64,000 bases of DNA, from assembly GCF_009914755.1 (NCBI RefSeq), contig NC_060926.1. One strand, written 5' to 3'. The notes under the pieces were generated by a model. The model was not told the DNA's origin and ran no database searches. It saw nothing but the letters and a program-made list of their open reading frames with translations. Every line of letters starts with the position of its first letter. The first letter of the stretch is position 1. Source of the DNA: the human T2T-CHM13v2.0 reference genome, Homo sapiens. Below, piece by piece: positions 28,834-42,615 of this stretch. The position numbers and the translations under genes were made by a program.

Positions 28834-31279
28834 TCTGAATAGTCCCCTGCATATACTTTAAAATCACAGACAATTGCAATGAACCATACAAGCAGTTGTT
28901 ACTGAATTAAGTTTGAAAAATCTGGTTTGGTTGTGGTAGGTCACTGCAGAGGCAATTTGGTGCAGAATATTTTATGGATGCACACCATATCTAAGGGCCC
29001 TGGGTGATTCCATAAATTATCATAGCAAATGAAGATAATTTGAGATAAAGAAGAGAGGAAAATGCCTTTGGCATTCCCCACAGAACAAAACTGAACAGTC
29101 GCTTTAAGAGTAGAGGCAACTGGAGAATGAGAGTTCACGGAAGCATGAATCAGCCTGGATGCTGAAATATACAAGGAGCAAAGCTCCTTCATGAACCAGC
29201 TGGAGTAGAGGCCAGTGTAGTTAAAACCTTGGGGAAGGGGATAAATGATACTCTATGGTTTAGGTGGAAAGCACCAAACAAGAAAATTGCAAGTACACTA
29301 GAGGTAATGGGCCTTGAATCAGAAAAGGTTTAAGAAATACAAATATATATATATTTGTATATATATATTCTTTCAAAGGAAGAAGTAATAACTTTACAGA
29401 TAATAATAATTGGCACCTTTAAGAATAACATCACTGGAAATTCATTGCTTCGTTTTGCAAAACACCTTGAAATGTTTACGTATGGAAATTGGCAGTAGGA
29501 GCTAAATAACAAAGGCCAATAGAAGTATGGTAATTGGGAATTTGAAAGGGAGAAAGAATTTAAGGAGCCTTGAAGCTATATGGAGAGAGTGAAAATTCGA
29601 GTAGAAGAGCAACTAAAAGCATCCTGGAAAACATAACCATACATAAGCATTTTTAGATTGGGTGATGTCCACTCCTCCCTTACTTCCCATATGAACTCTT
29701 CATAAAGCTTTGTGTTGTCCTCACAGTTTTTATATGAATGGATCTTCAGAGGGAACCTAGGAGTTACTGAGCTATTCATCTCAGCCCCCCTAGTGTAATA
29801 CAGATCACACATAAGGAGAGAAAGAAGCACATGAGATTATGGAAGCATATATTCCTGAAATCTAGTCATTACAATTCCTTAAGCCATGGAATTGGCATTT
29901 TATGGTAAGCATACCTAGATTTCATGGGGCAGGAAGGCCCCAGCTGACACACTGATAATACTAATCTACATCCTTAAAGAAAGGTTAATTAATATTTTAG
30001 CTACAGAACGGATTATGATTCTTTTTCATTGCAAAAAAAAAAAAAAATCCAAACACAAATTAAATAAATAAAAAGGAAAGTTTCTCATCAAACCTTCTCC
30101 ATCTTTCCCCCATCTCAGTATCAGCCCAGAGGTATTCATGGATATTTACTTGATCAATTTCCTTCTTGAGCATTTTCTTTCCATTTTCATACACATGCTG
30201 TATTCAGTAGACCTTTTAGTATCTATAAAAGGCTCTTTTTTTCTCACGCAACCTTTTCACCAAGAGCTTACAAATGTGAAATTCTGTACTTTCTGTATTA
30301 GAAGGTTGTCTGAGTCAAAAGGGGCAGCACTCTTATGAGTGGTGACCCTAATTTAGACTCCTGGATGTATCCCCAAATTATTATTTCTTTCCATATTCTG
30401 AATAAAGCTCTTTCCACAGTCTGAAGAGAGCAATTTTTGTTATTGCCCCTTAACGGAATATTGACACAATATAAGCCATTTCTAACAGAATGACTGGAAA
30501 AGTGGGTATAGACAGCCAGGAACTTTTCTGTTCTTTCCCCTACTTGGATAGAATCCTATTTGCAAGTGTGACTTTGGATGAAGTGCTCCTAGTCACTCTT
30601 AAAGTTTCTATATATGTTCCTAGAAAGTTCCTTAGGGAATATTTCATTGCCTCTGTTTCTGTGTTTGAAACTAGGACTATCCACTTTTAGAAAAGCTTAG
30701 CCAGATCATTTTGCCTATAATTTCCTTTTTGGATATGCCGAAGAATATGTAATAAAAATCTGTCTGAATAAACCCAAATATTCTCCTTTTCAATAATTAG
30801 AAAATAAAAATTCTAATTGAAAGCGTTGTCTCAGAGTTAAATGATCAATGTTTTATTTTTATTAGTGGTACACAAGATATTGTGCGTCTTACAATTGATA
30901 ACATCTTAGATTTAATGAAATATGGTATTTTTAGTCTTCATTGTAGCTATAGGACAAGCATATGAGCCAGTGTCCTACAATAAAATAAACCTACATGAAA
31001 CTTTGTGTCAGACCTGACCTATGTGAATAAACAGGTTTCTATTTTTGGTGACTTGAGTGTGGCTGATACAGCATTGTTCTGAGTTGGTTGTGGCTGCTAT
31101 TTGGGCTTGTGGTGCATGGTGGTTCAGAAAGTGTACTGGAAGCTTGGTTCTAATCTGTTCTTCAGCAACTCAATGATTCTGTGAGCTATCTAACATCCAC
31201 AAACAAATTCCTTTAATGTAGAGACTAGTCGAAGCAGATTTTGCTGTTTGCATTTAAGAACACTAATAACACATAAACT

Positions 31280-32030
31280 ATATTTGAGAATACAATTGCT
31301 GGAAAAAGGACTAACAATGCATAAATAATTCTGGGCCTTGACGTTCACTTGGGAAAATAAAAACTATTCTGAGTCCCACCTTACACCATATAAGAAATAA
31401 ATTTCAGGTAATTAAATATCTAAATGCATAAATACAATCAGAATAAATATATTAATAATAACTGGAATCTGTGAAGGTATACAAAATCATGCATACATTG
31501 GTAAGGATTATCAATACACACGATCTTGTTTTTGTAAACAATTTGGGCATTATTTATCAAAATAGTAAATGTGCAATTCTTTGTAGCAAACTTTACCTCT
31601 AAGAATCCTATAGTAATATAATACATATTTGCAAAGATTTCTATATAGAAGTCTTTATGACAGCATGGTTTGTTATAGGAAATAGAAAATGAATCAGTCT
31701 ATACAATCTACAATAGGGGAATTGTAAAATAAATAATGGTATGTCTGTGTAATTAAATATTCTGCAACAATATCAAAAAATGAGGTAGATCTTTACGTAA
31801 TAAGCCTGATGGACATACATGATATAATCCATAATGTATGTGAGAATGTGTACACATTGAGAATGTTTGCATACACTAATACCTTAAAAGATGCCCAACT
31901 GTGATCCTCCTTGAGTTAAGAGACTGATAAGAAAGGAATGAGAGTTTTTAACGTTTTATTCTGTGTTGTAGGAATTTATTATAATGAAGATTATTGCTTT
32001 TATAATTTAAAAAGCAATAAAGCTTAAAAA
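31280..32030 (+). mobile_element. Diverged L1M(E) 3' fragment
   Basis: 'cccaccttacaccatataagaaataaatttcagg', 'aaacaatttgggcattatttatcaaaat', 'aaaaaatgaggtagatct'. Confidence 0.65.
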
Positions 32031-34560
32031 TAGAAATGGCCTCTTCAAAGGCAACAAGTCTTTCTTCTGAGGTTTTTGGCTATAGATTTAGTGGAAGTGA
32101 TTTAGATTCTATGGAGTTTCTTTTTGTGAGAATGAGCACCCCAGTCCAGTGCAGGTAGCTATTCAGAACACTGTTGCCAAGTCTGCTCATATAATTTAGG
32201 GTCCCCATCTGGATGCATGCACTCATTTGGCTGGAACAACAAATTTACCTGTCTTTGCATAAGCTTAGCCACATCATTCCTTAAAAATATGTGTGTGTAA
32301 TGGACTTTGTATAAGGGAACAATAGAAAGTCTTCCTCTTTCTTGTTTTATTTTTCTGACATTTATTAACTCACATATGCTATCTTTGAAATAAAAAGTTT
32401 TCCATATGCAGAAAAATGAACCTAGATTTATCAAATATATTGACTGTAAATGAAGTAAATATTCATTACTGGAAGAATTACCATATTTAGACGTCTTGTA
32501 AAGCAATAGTCAATTGTATTACAGAACCAATTCAGAAGTACAGCTCAGAAATAAGCCTACAAATAGACAAAACTCAACTTTGTTTTGACACTGAGAAATC
32601 TGAGGCAGTTAAAATTGACAATTATCTCAGAACAAATCAAAAACTTTCTCACCATTTTAAGTTATTAAAAAGTACCTGTCAAAAGCTTCTGGCTAACTCT
32701 CAGAAAAGCTGTTTAACTTCAAGAAATGCTAAAGTAAATTAGAGGAAAAACAAAATGATAGATTCTGCTAAATAAGAAATGCAAAAAAATACTCTGTATT
32801 ATTTGCTGTGCTTGGATATTCTGTGAACAATCCTAAAGGTACTAGTGGTTAAAATCATGTTATGAAAAGCAATATGTGCCAGCGATGCTAAATATGCATA
32901 CTTCCCAGTGGCCGAGGTAAATTTAAAAAAATCTTTATACATACTTTAACTATGAAGAAAATATAAACTTTGTGATGTTAAACAAGGAGATGGTTTAGGA
33001 TAATATGAAAAAATCATGTTGTTATTAGATAGAGAACAAAGTGTTTGTGTGTATTTACTGTAATGTTTTCTAAGTCGCATCCCCGCCCACCAATGTGCTG
33101 ATATTGAAATGTCTATGATTTGATTCAAAAATGGCATCTTAGATCAAGGGTAAGTCCTTTTCCTAATAGGCCACTAAGCTTGTGTTTGTTGCTAATTTCA
33201 CTGAAGTGTAATACAGTTTTAAAATTGCCTTTTACTTGCAGCCTTTCAAAAATGTTAATTAGGCCCCCACCAATTTCAAGCTTGTATTGCAATTCTATGT
33301 GTAGACAAATGGAGTGTCTTATTGATTTTTGTATTCCCTAGGATATAGATTAGTACATTGACCAAAATGCTTATTCACAAAATGTTTTATGATTGACAAT
33401 TAATGCATAGCTTTACTGCAGATATTTGTCATCTCGGCTATAACACAATAAGGCAATTGGTTTACTATTCAGTACCTAGCAGATTAATGTTCCTGCTTCC
33501 ATAGAAACCTAAGCTTTGGTTACTGCGACATGTTAGTGAAAATACAAATGTGTTATCTCTTTCTCGTGGAAGGCAGTAATTTTGCCTCAATTCAGAGATA
33601 CGATATTCTATACCTGGTATAAATTTGTGCTATTTAAGAGTCTACAAAGTTGTACTGATGCACATAAATTTTGCCATATGACATTTTTATGGAAATTGAG
33701 AAAAATCAGTTTCTTATTATTTAATAATCTTATCTTTTAAAATTTTACATTATGAAAATTTCTCAGATACCAGAAATTATGCTAATCCTTTTGGGCAAAT
33801 AAGATTTTCTTGGGCAAATTAAATTTCATTTTTAATTGTTAGCTATTTAAACATTGTCAAGTGCCATTGCTAAAGAACAAATATTATTAGTTCCAAAAAT
33901 CTTATATATAGTTATATTAATTTTGCTCTATAATTCCAAATTATTATATCTAGGTTAATACAGATTACTTCCTGATTTCCTAAAACATAATTTCTCCAAG
34001 TTCCTTGGGTACTTAGTAAAAGAATATGGAATTTTTGTCATGTATTATATTTTTATTATATCTGTATTTCTCTAGCATAAAGTAATTTCTAATTATAGAT
34101 TCCAAATAAAGATGGATATAAGTATCTCATATTTCTTTAATGGTTTCTCATGCAAAATACTTGTGAGAATTAAAGCGAACACAATAACCAGAACAGATTA
34201 CTACCAGAATACCAAAATTTGTCATTATGAAAGAGGATGTTATATCTTCCCACTAAAGACGAATTATGATTTCATGTTTACCTTTTAATCCTTGCTAGAC
34301 ATTCATCCTTGTTTTGGAGTAAGTGCAATGGTAATTGAAATTTGTCCAATACCACAGAGTTAGTAACCAGTAGACTTGTGATTAGCAATGGTGGTATTAG
34401 GAAAGAAAGAAGCTGCCAAAAGTAAGAGGGGTACAGGGTTTTGACTTGATACTAGGAGGCTAAAAACAAAAAAGCTCATTGCGAATGACTTGCATTTAAA
34501 AAGAGAAAAATAATGACTTCATTTTTATTAAGAAACCTGGCAGGCGCCACCTTAACCAAG

Positions 34561-34744
34561 TGATTGGCTCCTCCAGTTTCACTGAAAGTTTTGATCCCTC
34601 TCCTCAACCTGCATGTTATCAATGCCTGCGGATCTGTCTTTAGCAACACAAAACAGCTGCTCCTGTCACTAAATTAAAATCTTAAACACTTTGTTGCTAA
34701 TTCTCATTAAAATTTTGACTGTGACAAATAATCTTATTTGGGAC
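34561..34744 (+). repeat. Dispersed direct copy of 36167-36351
   Basis: About 184 bp, roughly 88% identical by eye; flanked by a 91-bp duplication (34474-34564 and 34751-34841). Confidence 0.95.
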
Positions 34745-34903
34745 TTAGTGGCTCATTGCTAATGACTAGAGTTTAAAAAGCTAAAAATAATTACTTCATT
34801 TTTATTAAGAAACCTGGCAGGCACCACCTTAACCAAGGGATCAAGATTAACATCACCTGTCCTAAGATATACTGCTATATATCATGTATCTCTGATATAT
34901 ATA

Positions 34904-34968
34904 TCACAAAACGCTTTATGATTGACAATTAGTGCATAGCTTTACTGCAGATATTTATCATCTTGGCT
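34904..34968 (+). repeat. Dispersed direct copy of 33375-33439
   Basis: 65 bp, 5 mismatches. Confidence 0.95.
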
Positions 34969-35419
34969 TGTTATCACTAAAAAGGACACATCACTTCCAT
35001 TATATTTTTTCACAAAATTAATATCCTCATGCTAACCATTTAAAAAATCAGGTAAACCCAATTGAGGGACATTCTACTAAATACTTGACCACTATTCTTT
35101 AATGTGTCAAGGTAATAAAAGGTGAGAAAAGGCTAAGAAACTGTCATAGATCAGAGGAGACTAAAGAGACATGACAACTAAATGAAATGTGGTACCCGGG
35201 ACTGAGTTCTGGATCAAAAAAGACATTAGTGGCGAAACTGGGGAACTTCAAATAAAGTCTATAATCAGTAGTAGTACATCCATATAAAATTCTTAGTTTT
35301 GATAAATGTACCATAGTTATGTAAGATGCTAACACTAGGGGAATTTGGGTAAGGAGTAAATTGGAATTATTGCAGTTTTTCTATAAGTCTAAAAAAAGTT
35401 AAAATAAAATCTAAAACAT

Positions 35420-35960
35420 TTAATTTAGGTATGCTCACACAAATTTTTATAAACAAATAAATTTCTATAGCAACATTACTAACATGAATCAAACTCTAAT
35501 GTCCATGAATCACTCTACTGCCTATTAACAGTAAAAAGAATAAATATACTGTTACAGTTATACAATGGAATACTATTCACTAATAAAAAATAGACTATAA
35601 TATGGATGAATATCATAAATATTATGCTGAGAAAATGAGACAAACACCAAAAAGTAATTATTGACCAATTCTATTAATAAGAAATTATAGAATAAGCAGA
35701 ACTAATCTATAATGATAGATACCATATAAGTGGTTGCCTGGGGCTTATGGTACTGGGAGGGGGTGCGGTTATTGACCAGAAAGAAATTGACTATGGAGTA
35801 ACTATTTGGATGTGATGAATATATTACATACCTTGACGGTAGATGGACTCCATGGGAAACTACATTTATCAGAACTTTCTGAACTGTACACTTAAAATGA
35901 GCTCTTTTTTATTGTATTTAGATGATGTCTTAATAAAGTTGATTTAAAATTCAAAAAATA
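35420..35960 (+). mobile_element. L1M(B/E) 3' end
   Basis: 'tatacaatggaatactattc', 'gtggttgcctggggc', 'gaactgtacacttaaaatg', terminal aataaagttg. Confidence 0.75.
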
Positions 35961-36660
35961 TGATCATCAAGAGAGTTAGTTAAACATGCTTTGTTAATTC
36001 CTCATAATGGCATAGCACGGTCACGATTTCTGGTGTACAAATGCACTTGGGTGCTCTTTTTTTTCTTTTTTTCAAATTTGGCATGGACCCAGAACTATTT
36101 TCTGAAGAAAAATCCTCTGCTACCTCAGTACTGAGAGGAAGTGGCCATCTGTCCAGATAACTGTCCTGATTGGCATCTCCAATTTCACTCAAAGTTTTGA
36201 TCTGTCTCCTCAACCTGCATATTATCAACGCCTGTTCTGTCCTTAGTTAGCAACACAAAACAGCTGCTCTTGTCGCCAAATTTAAATCTGAAACATTTTG
36301 TTGCTAATTCTCATTAAAATTTTTACTGTGACAAATAATCTTATTTGGGACATTGCCAGAATAATAAGTGGTTATTCTGTTTATCTAGAAGTATAAATTC
36401 TTTGGTCTTCCTAAATTTGCTTTTAATAAATTATATAATACTTCGACATAAGACCATCAGCTTGGGTTGAGAAAGCTACTAGGGAGAATACATAAAACTC
36501 AATACTTAACTACTCAACATTTAACTACTCATTCAGCTTTTTAAAACACTTCATTTATGATGTGAAGTTTGAGGTTCCTGTCAGAAACCCAAGTGGATAT
36601 GTAAAGCCAGGAATGAAGTATGTTAAGTTCCAAGAAGTATATTGTTTTAAATGGGGAAGA

Positions 36661-37030
36661 GGCTGCGCACAGTGGTTCACACCTATAATCCCAGCACTTT
36701 GGGAGGACAGGGTGAAAGGATCACTTGAAGCCAGGAGCTCAAGAGCAGTCTGGGCAACATAGAGAGACCCTGTCTCTACAAAAAAAATTTAATAATTAGC
36801 TGGATGTGGTGGCACAAGATTTGCAGCGATAAACAAAGGTCATCTTACGAAAACCAAAACAATGAGCTTGGACGATTTTCTGTATGCAACAGTAGTCCCA
36901 GCTACTACGGAGGCTGAAGCAGGAGGATGACTTGAGCCCAGGAGTTCAAGGCTGCAGTGAGCTATGATCACCACTGCACTCCAGCCTGCACAACAGAATG
37001 AGACCATGTCTTATTAAAAAAAAAATAATA
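36661..37030 (+). mobile_element. AluJ (Jo-like) interrupted by a 75-bp insert
   Basis: AluJ diagnostics ggaggatgacttgagcccaggagttcaaggctgcagtgagctatgat; insert at 36818-36892. Confidence 0.93.
36818..36892 (+). repeat. Dispersed direct copy of 38369-38443
   Basis: 75 bp, 4 mismatches. Confidence 0.96.
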
Positions 37031-37469
37031 ATCAGGGATAATAGGCCACATGCTGTATTTAACAAGTAAGGAGGCACTGGTACTGACCAATCAGGAGAAA
37101 CAGCCCCAGAGTATTGCAGCAGGTATTGAAGATTCCCCCACCCCTGCTGCACCAGTTTTCATCACTGGCTCCTGGAGGGAGAGGATAAAGATTAGCAGAG
37201 ACTTCTGAGAGAGGGTCCACAGCAGAAATGGGTAAAGAGAAAGCATTCAAAGCGGTGGCTATTTACCAATCAGTAAGAAGGTATGATATTTCAACATTTT
37301 AACAACCAGGATGCCTGTACTAATGCATACTAGCTGAATATCAATCCTGAATGCAATTGATCATTATATCAGGAAATAGCTTATTATGAAGATTGTTGGG
37401 GAAAATTTCTTTCAGAACAATGGAAATTTATATAGTTCTTAAGCATCTGGCTTTTTTTCTAATTGCACT

Positions 37470-37551
37470 TGCTATTTTATTTTTTATTTTTGTGGGTACA
37501 TAGTGGGTATATATATTTATGGGGTGCATGGCATATTTTGATACAGGCATA
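37470..37551 (-). mobile_element. L1MA 3' terminal fragment
   Basis: 'tttttgtgggtacatagtgggtatatatatttatggggtgcatg...ttttgatacaggcata'. Confidence 0.75.
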
Positions 37552-37692
37552 TCCCTTGGATATACTGAATCTCAAAAATGTCTTCTATGAGAAGCTTAAA
37601 ACAATATTTTCATCCAACTTCAGCTATTATATTACACAGTTTAAAAGAAGATACCTTGTATTCCTGATTTGGTTGTATTTTATTTTTATTCT

Positions 37693-37991
<299 letters not shown>

Positions 37992-38127
37992 TCTTTTTTA
38001 TCTTTGGAAGAAAGTTTCTCATTGATTTTTATATCCTATTGTATGCATTTATTAAACCAATAAATGCTTATTTTAAAATATTAAAAATTTTTAAAAATTA
38101 ATACATTTTGTATTAAAGATACGTATT

Positions 38128-38156
38128 ACACACATACACACACACACACACACACA
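38128..38156. repeat. (CA)n microsatellite
   Basis: acacacatacacacacacacacacacaca. Confidence 0.9.
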
Positions 38157-38159
38157 AAT

Positions 38160-38600
38160 AGGTTAACTTTACTGAGTTTAAGCAAAGAGGTGATAGGTGA
38201 TATCTGAACTGGGAATTGAAAGACAAAGGTGTTTACTTGGTAGACATGAGGACGAGGACATTCCAGGGAGAAGTCATAGCATGTTTAAAGGCATAACTTT
38301 GTGAATATGGCAGAGCATATTTTGAAGTAGTTCGTTCTTTATTAGAAGAAATGGGCGGGGTGAGGAGTGATTTGCAGAGATAAACAGAGGTCATCTTACA
38401 AAAACCAAAACAATGAGCTTGGACTATTTTCTGTATGCAACAGAAATTTAATAAATAATTTTAAGCATGAGAGAAATGTGAATTAATTTGTAATTTAGAA
38501 AAAATACTTTAGGAGTAATATATAAAATTACTTTGAAGATGGAAGAGGTTAGAAACTGGGATGTAAATTAAATGGCTATTGAAATATTTTAAGCCAAATA
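38160..38600 (-). mobile_element. L2 fragment
   Basis: 'ggacattccaggga...agcatgtttaaaggc', 'gagcttggactattttctgtatgcaacag...ttttaagcatgag'. Confidence 0.65.
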
Positions 38601-38615
38601 TAACAAGAAAAGTTG

Positions 38616-38924
<309 letters not shown>

Positions 38925-39379
38925 TTACATTATTTTGTTTAGCACTGTTCTAATCCCACCACACTTTCCACAGCCCCATAAAAACACTCCTGTAACTGTA
39001 CTAGTATCTTACACCTTTTCTAGAATGGTCTACCCACCTTCTTGCCTTTCTTCGTCAAACTTTTCCCATTCCCCAAAATGCAGTCCACATCTCTCCATTT
39101 ACAGGAAGCATTACCTAACTATTTCAGCCATTATGAGTCACTCTCTTCTCTCAGTTTTCAGATTCTACCAAATTTACAAAACACTATTAAGAATTCAATC
39201 TTGTTTTGTATGTTTATTTTATCTCTACCACAAGAACATGTGCATCTTGAGTAGCAGAATCATATATAATAATTTCTTATGACCTCTCTTCCCACCTTCC
39301 TCACAGTAGTTAGCATTAAGAGCACATTGAAAACCTTTGTGTGCTTCAATATAAAATTTTTTAACTTAATTCTTTATGA

Positions 39380-39880
39380 CTAATGTCAGCTGCTAGTAAG
39401 AAACCATAAATAACTAGCTTTAATAAGACAGAACTTCATTTCTCTGCATTTAATTTTAAAAGCTAAAGTAAAACAACCATGGTAGCAGTGGTGACTCCAC
39501 TTGTCATCAAGGAACCAGTGCCTTATCCTTCTGATTCCCTACCCTTAGCAGATGACTTATATCCTCAAGGCTTCTTTGTGGTCCCAGGTAACAGCTAGAG
39601 TTATCCAGCTATCATATGCAGGAAGGAAGCAGAAAGGGAGCAGTGATGGACAGAAACTATGTACGGCAACTCTCTGCCCGACCCCTCTGAAAGGTATCTC
39701 AGACTTCCTCCCTAACAAATTCTGGTAGTATTTCTTTATTCTCCGCTAACTCCAAGAGTGGCTGGGAAATACAGTCTTTTAACTAGGCACTATAAAACCC
39801 AAAATTAAATCAGAAGTCATACTAAGGAAGAAAGTTTGAGTGAGTATCCGGTAGGCATTTCACAGTCTCTGCCACAGCAT
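39380..39880 (-). mobile_element. MLT1 (J/K-like) MaLR LTR
   Basis: 'cagctgctagtaagaaacc...taactagctttaataagacag', 'ggctgggaaatacagtctttt'. Confidence 0.55.
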
Positions 39881-39929
39881 GTTCAATATTTTAATACATG
39901 TTTGGTGTCTTTTAACCTAAAGAGCATTG

Positions 39930-40190
39930 TGCATTGTGCCATATTTGAATTTAACAGAGCTAAATTCAGGCTCTAGCCTGAATTTATATCCCAGCTCCAG
40001 CTGTTACCAGTCATTTGAACTTGGGCAAGATATTTTTCCACTCCATATCTCAATTCCCCCATCTGCAAAGCGCGATAATAATAATACCTACATCATGAGT
40101 GCTTTTAAAGATTAAATGAGCTAATAAATGAAATCACCTGACTCCGTATCTGACTGCTCATGTTAGTATTTGCTATTATTGTCATGTGTG
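39930..40190 (+). mobile_element. MIR
   Basis: 'aacttgggcaag...ctcaattcccccatctgcaaag...ataataataccta...gattaaatgagctaa'. Confidence 0.8.
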
Positions 40191-42197
40191 TTCTGTGAGG
40201 ATAGGTCTAATTGCCGTTTTGAGTAGCAAGATCCAAATTTGGCTCCTCTAACACCTATGAGGAGCTTTTGTTCAGCATTTATAATGCCTTGCTTTTCTTC
40301 AAATTTCAGCATTGTTCTCATTCTTAAAGAATCTGGAAACAGAACTTGAGTATTATCATCACTCCCCTCTCTATCAATTGTTTGACAATGCGTCCTTTGA
40401 AGGAGCATTCCATAGGAGGACTAGCACCACAGCCTGTAAAGAGTTTGGACATCGGGTCTAGCCTGCCCTACCAGTGATTTATTGCATACCAAGACAGAAG
40501 TGCAAATAAAAGACTGCAGAAAAAGAGAGAGAGTAATGCCCAAATATAAGCTTTACTCCTGTGCAATTTTGCTTAGGACCAGTATTTCCATGCTTCAGTG
40601 GTCTATGGCTTAAAATACTTAATAAAGCTCTATTCAGCACCTGAATCTTGAATACCTATAAAAAAGAAATATTTCAATCTATTATGTAAAACATTATTTT
40701 TCCTGACAAGACTTCTTATGTATTTGAAACTGCCTTGCAAGCATTTAATAGTAAAGTTTTTTTTTCTCTTTTTGGTGTCTAAAAGCAGTTTCAAAGTTAC
40801 AAATGATTTTTACTTGTTAATCATAATAAAGTGGTTTTAATTCTAACCACTGCAGCATTCTCTGTTCCTTCTCAGGATGACCTGGCATCACTAGCTGGTT
40901 ATATTGCTCCTTATCTGATTGGAGCCTTGTCAGGAATGCTCACCTCTTAGAACTGCCAACTGAGGCGACGCCACGTCAGCTCATTGACTCACGGCATTGA
41001 AATGAAACTAACAACTGGGACTGAAACTACAGGTCCTGTGGACAATGGCATCACAGACACATGATCTAGAGCTATGGCTTCACGTTGATCACAAGTCGGA
41101 GCTGGAACATTTTCCTTGCATTTAAATTGCTGATGCATTTCTTTCTTGAATCAGGGAAATGACCCATATTTAAAGCATGTATTTCTGCAGTTTCTCTAGC
41201 CTCAACTATGAGTATAACATGGTATTGAAAACAGTATAGCTGTGTATTCCAGGCATGTTATTGCAACCATTATGGTAAACTTTTATTTTTTAAAAAACAA
41301 ACATCAATTATCTTAGACTGTTGTACAGACAAAGCAACTACACAGTAAAACAAAAATCTATGGACCTGTCCAACTGTTTTAAGAAGGGAAGAAGTCATGC
41401 TGAGAAGTATCACAAACAGAGAAGGCTGCTGATTCTTTTCTTCCTCCTCAAGGCATAGTCATTTAACAAGTGCAGCCCTGAATAATCTAACACCATCTCA
41501 TACCAGCCCTATTGTTTGTTTAAAAATTGGGGCAAGATGCATCTCCATATTGTAGTCCTTTATCCATTTCTACATTAAGAAGATGATAAAAATTCAGTAT
41601 CACCATTTGAACCTAATTTATTTTAAATGATCTAACTAGTAATAAAAACTATACAATAATGACAAGTACAATATGATTTATGGCCCAAAAGCAGTTATCT
41701 GGCAGAATGCATTACTATGAAAGGATTTATGGTCTTTCTTGATGTTGTAAGAGTATGTCTGTCAAGCTGGAGGTTGCCAAAGGATGACATGGGTAGAGGT
41801 GATTTTCACTCAAAAGAGAGAGCAAAATGAGTTTAGGCATATGATAATTAGCTCAAAGTACTCTCAGCAGTGATCTTTGATTTAGATCTATCTCACCTTT
41901 GCTTATACACACATGATTAGCATCCTCACATTTAATGTCTACATATTCTATTTTACCCTTGTGATATTCTTTATCTGCCCCATTGCCTACCTTTTCAGAC
42001 TCATAAGTCTATAACACACCAAGTGGGAGGGAGTCTTGGAGTTATCCAGGCCTACGCTCCAACACCTGTGAGAATGATGCCAATATTGAATTAATTTGTA
42101 CAGAAAATATTACCTGCAAAGTGAAAAGTGGCATATTGTTATGGAAACACAAACAATGCACAATGTCTGGCACTGGTAAGTATTTAAAAACACATTT

Positions 42198-42615
<418 letters not shown>

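Larger units (their letters stand above)
34474..35410 (+). mobile_element. L1MC-type 3'UTR fragment carrying two locally templated inserts
   Basis: 'agaaacctggcaggcaccaccttaaccaag', 'aaacccaattgagggacattcta', 'ggagactaaagagacatgacaactaaatg' are L1MC/MB 3'UTR motifs. Confidence 0.8.

Noticed and set aside
32159-32506. 115-aa minus-strand ORF and other 60-135 aa non-repeat ORFs
   Set aside because: Low-complexity AT-driven composition, mostly non-ATG starts, no recognisable domain or consistent exon structure
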